Positions 59,257 through 64,000 of a stretch of DNA of 64,000 nucleotides are shown piece after piece; positions within the stretch are counted from its first letter, which is position 1, and the number at the start of each line of letters is the position of its first letter. The translations under genes and the position numbers were made by a program. A model generated the notes under the pieces. The model made no database searches and was not told where the DNA came from. It worked only from the letters and a program-made list of their open reading frames with translations. Source of the DNA: Winogradskyella sp. (GTDB lineage Bacteria; Bacteroidota; Bacteroidia; Flavobacteriales; Flavobacteriaceae); assembly GCA_028383925.1 (NCBI GenBank), contig JAOEWO010000007.1, positions 15,164 through 79,163 of the forward strand, read 5' to 3'.

Positions 59257-59898
59257 ATGTATTTTTTGCCTGAAGCTTTAGACGAATACGTAGTATCGCA
59301 CTCTGAGCAAGAGCCAGAACTATTACAAGAGCTTACAAGAGAAACCTATCAAAAAATTTTACAACCTATTATGCTTAGTGGGCCTTACCAAGGCAGAGTA
59401 TTAAGTATAATATCTAAACTAATTAATCCTAAGTATGTACTAGAATTAGGTACATTTACTGGCTATTCTACACTTTGTTTAGCCGAAGGTTTACAATCTG
59501 AAGGTATCATACATACTATAGATATTAACGAAGAGCTGGTAGATTTTCAGCGTAAATATTTTGACAAATCTAATTTTGGCAATCAAATAACCCAACACAC
59601 CGGAAGTGCTATAGATATTATACCAACATTAAATTTAAAGTTTGATTTAATTTTTATAGATGCAGATAAGCCTAATTATAGCAACTACTTTCATCTTGTT
59701 ATAGATAAGCTAAATAAAGGTGGTATTATTCTTTCTGACAACGTTTTATGGCATGGTAAAGTAGTTGAACCTGTTAGCGAAAAAGACACCTCTACAAAGG
59801 CTGTTTTAGATTATAACACACTTCTTATTAATGACAAACGTATAGAAACCGTAGTTTTACCAATACGAGATGGCCTAACAATAAGTAGACGGCTGTAA
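59257..59898 (+). CDS. O-methyltransferase (caffeoyl-CoA OMT/TrmR-like)
   Basis: LELGTFTGYS, FIDADK, SDNVLWHG, LPIRDGL. Confidence 0.9.
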   Translation: MYFLPEALDEYVVSHSEQEPELLQELTRETYQKILQPIMLSGPYQGRVLSIISKLINPKYVLELGTFTGYSTLCLAEGLQSEGIIHTIDINEELVDFQRKYFDKSNFGNQITQHTGSAIDIIPTLNLKFDLIFIDADKPNYSNYFHLVIDKLNKGGIILSDNVLWHGKVVEPVSEKDTSTKAVLDYNTLLINDKRIETVVLPIRDGLTISRRL

Positions 59899-60189
59899 TT
59901 ACTTATTTCGTTTTAAAGAACCTGTAAAATCTTGAAGCTCATCTTTTACACTATCTAATTCTTTTTGAATGTCTTTAACAGCATCTGTATCTATGATGTT
60001 ACTTTCTTTTGCACTTTTAGTAACCTCGTGCTTAATATCATTTGTTGCGTCTTTTAATTGACGCATACCTTTACCTAGCCCTCGGGCTATGTCTGGTATT
60101 TTATCAGAACCAAAAACCATAACTACTATAAATAGTATAAATATGACTTCGGTACCACCGATAAACAAGAATGTAGTTAATTGTATCAC
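59899..60189 (-). CDS. Twin-arginine translocase subunit TatA/TatB
   Basis: TM helix, FGSDKIPDIARGLGKGMRQLKDA; GTG start 4 nt after TATATTTG (60201-60194). Confidence 0.9.
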   Translation of the reverse strand: MIQLTTFLFIGGTEVIFILFIVVMVFGSDKIPDIARGLGKGMRQLKDATNDIKHEVTKSAKESNIIDTDAVKDIQKELDSVKDELQDFTGSLKRNK

Positions 60190-60218
60190 GTTGCAAATAT
60201 AGAGTGACTTTGTCTAAT

Positions 60219-60246
60219 AAAAAAAAGCCGACTCGTTAAAGTCGGC
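60219..60246 (-). terminator. Intrinsic terminator after the M1 peptidase gene
   Basis: Minus strand GCCGAC-N8-GTCGGC followed by a T run. Confidence 0.8.
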
Positions 60247-60270
60247 GTTATATTCTAAAAAAATAAAATA

Positions 60271-62574
60271 TTAGTCTTTTACTTTATTTTTAAACTTATC
60301 AAATTCATTGGCTTTAACTTCTCTAGGCCAAGAATTGTTAGACGTATCAACATCTGCAGTTTCCAAATCTGGATCTACCATAATTGATACTATTTCTTTA
60401 TCACTAGCTATAGATTTAGAAACCTCAGCATCGTTTAATCTCCAAACCTGTGCTGGGTAAGTTATGCGTTCTTTTGTACCATCTGCATAAGTATACTCTA
60501 CAATTAAAGGCATTACTAAACCACCTGGCTTATCAAAAGTTATGTTATAAAAATACTTAGGTGACTTTAAGTTTTTACGTTCTTCTGGCGTAAAGTTATC
60601 CATTACATATTCCTTTACTGTTTTAGCATTCTCTGTAACGTCTTGGCCAGACATATCTGCTTTGTAATCTTCACTTCCTTCTTCAACAAAAAACACTAGA
60701 GGTGGTAAATCATCTATTGAGCGTCCTTGTGCTTCTAATTGCTTTTTAACAGCGGCTGTTGGATTACTTGTTACCTGGTATTTTTTAACGTCCTTAATAC
60801 CTATATCTGTATAATCGGTTGTGTAAAACCAACCACGCCAAAACCAATCTAAATCTACCGCAGATGCATCTTCCATAGTACGAAAGAAATCTTCTGGTGT
60901 TGGGTGCTTAAACATCCATCTGTTAGCATACTCTCTAAAAGAATAATCAAAAAGCTCGCGCCCCATAATTGTTTCTCTCAAAATATTTAAACCTGTACCT
61001 GGCTTGCTGTAAGCATTGCTACCAAATTGATATGTATTTAAACCTTTTGTCATAATTGGTGCGATAAAATCTTGATCGCCACCCATATATCTTACAATAT
61101 TTTTAGCAGGCCCTCTTCTAGAAGGGTATTTTTCATCTTTAGGAGATAAAGCTGCAGGATACCACTCTCCAAAATCTTGTTCTGCAACATATTGTACAAA
61201 GGTATTTAAACCTTCATCCATCCACGTCCATTGACGTTCGTCACTATTTACAATCATTGGAAAGAAGTTGTGCCCTACTTCATGAATAATTACACTTATC
61301 ATTCCGTATTTAGTTCTATCAGAATAGTTTCCTTCTTTATCAGGACGACCAAAGTTAAAACATATCATAGGATATTCCATTCCCATTGGTGCATGTACTG
61401 ATATTGCTTTGTGGTAAGGATAATCAAACGTCATACGCGAGTAAGACTTTAAAGTACTTGCTACAGCGTTGGTTGACCAATCTTCCCATAACGGGTTTCC
61501 TTCTTTAGAATATAAGGATACAGCCATTACATCTTTATCGCCGATTTTAACCGCCATCATGTCCCATAAAAATTTACGCGAAGTTGCAAAACCAAAATCA
61601 CGAACCATCTGAGCTGAAAGTTTCCATGTTTTTTTAGCTGTGCTTTTTGATTTTTCAGTTTTTTCTGCTTCTGACTGTGTTACAATCATCACAGGTTTGT
61701 CATAAGATTTTTGAGCTTTCTTAAAACGTTTCATCATATCTTTAGTAAAGACATCTTCTCTGTTTGTTAAATATCCTGTACCGTCTAATATGTGATCTGC
61801 AGGCACTGTAATATTTACATCAAAATCACCAAATGGTAACGCAAACTCATCGCGTCCCCAAAACTGAGAATTTTGCCATCCTTCTACATCATTATATACT
61901 GCCATACGTGGGTAAAATTGAGCCATAACATAAATTTTGTTATCGTTTTCCTCAAAATACTCGTAACCCGATCGGCCACCTTCTGTAACGTGGTTGTTAA
62001 TGTTGTACCACCATTTAATATTAAAAGAAAACTGATCTCCAGTTTTCATAGACTTAGGCAGCTCAACACGCATCATAGTGCGGTTTATTGTGTGTGGTAA
62101 GTCTTTACCGTTAACATCTTTAACATGGTCTATATTAAAACCTCTTTCTAAATCTTCTGCTAAATAAGTTTTAGTAAAGTTAGATGCATAGTCTGCTTCT
62201 TGAGCTCTTTGATTAGAGATTAAAGGTGTTTTTGAGTCCTTTGCTCTCATATTTTGGTCTAATTGCACCCATAAATACTTTAGCTCATCTGGTGAGTTAT
62301 TGGTGTAAGTAATAGTTTCGTTACCATATAATCTTGCTTTTTCGTCATCAATCTCAATATCCATTTTATAATCTGCTTGCTGCTGATAATAAGCTGGACC
62401 TGGAGCACCAGAACCTGTTCTAAACATGTTTGGTGTAGAAAACTCATCATAAAGTTGCTTAAACTTGTTTTGATTAGTGTGGCCTGGTTTGCGTTCTTGC
62501 TTTACCTCGTCTTGAGCAAATGTATTTGCTGACACGAATAATAAAGCACAAAAAAAGTACTTAAAAATTTTCAT
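60271..62574 (-). CDS. Secreted M1-family zinc aminopeptidase
   Basis: Signal peptide, GMEYP, HEVGH...WMDEG, AYSK. Confidence 0.92.
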   Translation of the reverse strand: MKIFKYFFCALLFVSANTFAQDEVKQERKPGHTNQNKFKQLYDEFSTPNMFRTGSGAPGPAYYQQQADYKMDIEIDDEKARLYGNETITYTNNSPDELKYLWVQLDQNMRAKDSKTPLISNQRAQEADYASNFTKTYLAEDLERGFNIDHVKDVNGKDLPHTINRTMMRVELPKSMKTGDQFSFNIKWWYNINNHVTEGGRSGYEYFEENDNKIYVMAQFYPRMAVYNDVEGWQNSQFWGRDEFALPFGDFDVNITVPADHILDGTGYLTNREDVFTKDMMKRFKKAQKSYDKPVMIVTQSEAEKTEKSKSTAKKTWKLSAQMVRDFGFATSRKFLWDMMAVKIGDKDVMAVSLYSKEGNPLWEDWSTNAVASTLKSYSRMTFDYPYHKAISVHAPMGMEYPMICFNFGRPDKEGNYSDRTKYGMISVIIHEVGHNFFPMIVNSDERQWTWMDEGLNTFVQYVAEQDFGEWYPAALSPKDEKYPSRRGPAKNIVRYMGGDQDFIAPIMTKGLNTYQFGSNAYSKPGTGLNILRETIMGRELFDYSFREYANRWMFKHPTPEDFFRTMEDASAVDLDWFWRGWFYTTDYTDIGIKDVKKYQVTSNPTAAVKKQLEAQGRSIDDLPPLVFFVEEGSEDYKADMSGQDVTENAKTVKEYVMDNFTPEERKNLKSPKYFYNITFDKPGGLVMPLIVEYTYADGTKERITYPAQVWRLNDAEVSKSIASDKEIVSIMVDPDLETADVDTSNNSWPREVKANEFDKFKNKVKD

Positions 62575-62636
62575 ATGTAAATTGTCTGGTTAAAAATGGT
62601 GTGTAAATTAATAATTTAAGATGTCTTTAACAGTTT

Positions 62637-63146
62637 TTAATTAAAGTTTAACATGCATTTATCATTCTCTGGCGTTAATAAAAAACTCTTGTTTTTACCT
62701 TTAAGTTTAAGACGTACAATATTTTGTTGCTCTGATATAACATCAAACAAAACACGGTTGGTTATAGCTATAGAATTTATCTCGGTGACATCTTCTATTT
62801 CGAGATAACAATATACGATGTCATCTTTGTATTCTTTACCTATAAATTTAAAGTTAACAGCATTTTTATTAATGGTAACTTTCAATTTATCTTGTAAATA
62901 ACGTTTCATATAGTCTTCAATAGCTTCAGGCTCATTTTTTTCTGCTAGAGTTATAGTCTCATCATAACGCTGACGTAGTAACGTTTCAAAATCATCAATA
63001 AAAATCTGACTTATAATTTGAAGTGATTTCTGGTCCTCTACGTATTCTACTTTTGTAACGCTTATATAATATTCGTGTTTTTGGCTAGTATTAGCTGTAA
63101 ATAAAGGTGCAAATAGTATTGCTATTATTAAAGGTAATGATTTCAT
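62637..63146 (-). CDS. DUF6702-like secreted protein
   Basis: Signal peptide then HEYYISVT, FIDDFE, EQQNIV; adjacent to the M1 peptidase gene. Confidence 0.72.
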   Translation of the reverse strand: MKSLPLIIAILFAPLFTANTSQKHEYYISVTKVEYVEDQKSLQIISQIFIDDFETLLRQRYDETITLAEKNEPEAIEDYMKRYLQDKLKVTINKNAVNFKFIGKEYKDDIVYCYLEIEDVTEINSIAITNRVLFDVISEQQNIVRLKLKGKNKSFLLTPENDKCMLNFN

Positions 63147-63287
63147 GTTTTAATGCTGTTGTTTTATTTAAGGACAGGTATTAATGGTGTAATACCTTTA
63201 CATTATAATCTTAGATTTGTGTGAATTTAAGATTTGTGTTTTGTTTGTTCTAAGATTTTTAGTCTAATTTCAAAAAGCATTCCAAAA

Positions 63288-64000
63288 TTAGTCTTTAGCT
63301 ACCGATTTTCGGTTTTTTTTGTAAGCAACTAATTTAGTTTTTAAAAACTCAATAGCCGTTAGGTCGTCATTAGCTTCACATAATGCTTTAAAACTAGGGT
63401 CTTCTTCGCAAAACAAAAAATACTCGCTTCTTAAGTTTTCGGCAAGTGTTTCTTTTTCAAAAATTAGAGATTCGTAATCACGTCTTAAACGATTTATACA
63501 ATTTGCTCTTTCATCTAAAGCCACAATGGCTTTTAATTTTTTTGTTCTTCCGCTAATTTTATTCAATAATTTATGAAAATTAACACCTGCACCTGCACCA
63601 TAGCTACCACCACCTAAACTAAGAATACTACCAGCATCAGCATCGTGTAATTTTCTTTCATTTTGCGTTAAAGGTTTACCTGTAAAACCTGGAATACCTA
63701 AATCGTAAAAATTAATATCGGTTTTTGCATCAGAGTTTTCTAAGTCAGACTCTAGACTACCTGTTAACATTTTACCAATAACGACCTGACTTAGCTCATT
63801 AACCTGTTCTTCTAAAGTCACCCTAAAAGTGCCTAAATCTAATATAGATTGCGTAATAACAACGGTCTTAATTTGGTATCTTAAACTAGATATTGTTAGT
63901 GTATCTAATAATTTGGCAGGTATTACAAAGCTTCCATCTTCATTAGAAACAGTATATTTAACTGAGGTTTTGTTGAGTATATGAATACCTTCAACATCAT
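63288..64000 (-). CDS. Carboxypeptidase-regulatory-like domain protein (5' end outside the window)
   Basis: Frame stays open upstream of 63821 to the edge: DVEGIHILNKTSVKYTVSNEDGSFVIPAKLLDTLTISSLRYQ...VNELSQVVI. Confidence 0.75.
   Translation of the reverse strand, partial: DVEGIHILNKTSVKYTVSNEDGSFVIPAKLLDTLTISSLRYQIKTVVITQSILDLGTFRVTLEEQVNELSQVVIGKMLTGSLESDLENSDAKTDINFYDLGIPGFTGKPLTQNERKLHDADAGSILSLGGGSYGAGAGVNFHKLLNKISGRTKKLKAIVALDERANCINRLRRDYESLIFEKETLAENLRSEYFLFCEEDPSFKALCEANDDLTAIEFLKTKLVAYKKNRKSVAKD

Noticed and set aside
63205-63260. Short direct repeat AGATTTGTGT as a CRISPR or heptamer array
   Set aside because: Only two copies, no regular spacers, low-complexity context

Overview
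AT-rich core-chromosome segment of a Bacteroidota bacterium, almost certainly a Flavobacteriaceae member (TAnnTTTG -7 promoters, no Shine-Dalgarno signals, XrtF exosortase, HYC_CC_PP and DUF1573 proteins). Most of it is housekeeping: topA, miaB-sigma54 activator-lptE-secG, groES/groEL, purH, mreBCD-mrdA-rodA, icd, valS, murB, lipA, gap, lpxK, msrA and a dihydroorotase. It also carries a Cys-rich heavy-metal TonB-receptor cluster, a tandem ABC-permease pair and two ECF sigma factors. The most notable locus (50955-59182) is an animal-type kynurenine degradation cluster (KynU, KMO, 3-HAO, ACMSD-like, ALDH8A1-like dehydrogenase, RidA deaminase). It lacks the usual bacterial lower meta-cleavage genes and instead contains an atypical Tyr-less SDR, which is a candidate for the unassigned reductase leading to 2-oxoadipate. 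The same locus is densely colonised by several REP-like palindrome families, some of which are translated as parts of KynU, KMO and the dehydrogenase. Other oddities are inverted heptamer arrays between groES and groEL, a shared operator plus sigma54-like site linking the miaB/activator operon to groES, an icd gene with a doubtful start codon, and a dihydroorotase with Asp in place of the carbamylated Lys. No rRNA, tRNA, CRISPR array or transposase was seen. All family calls come from reading motifs by eye; no database search was run.
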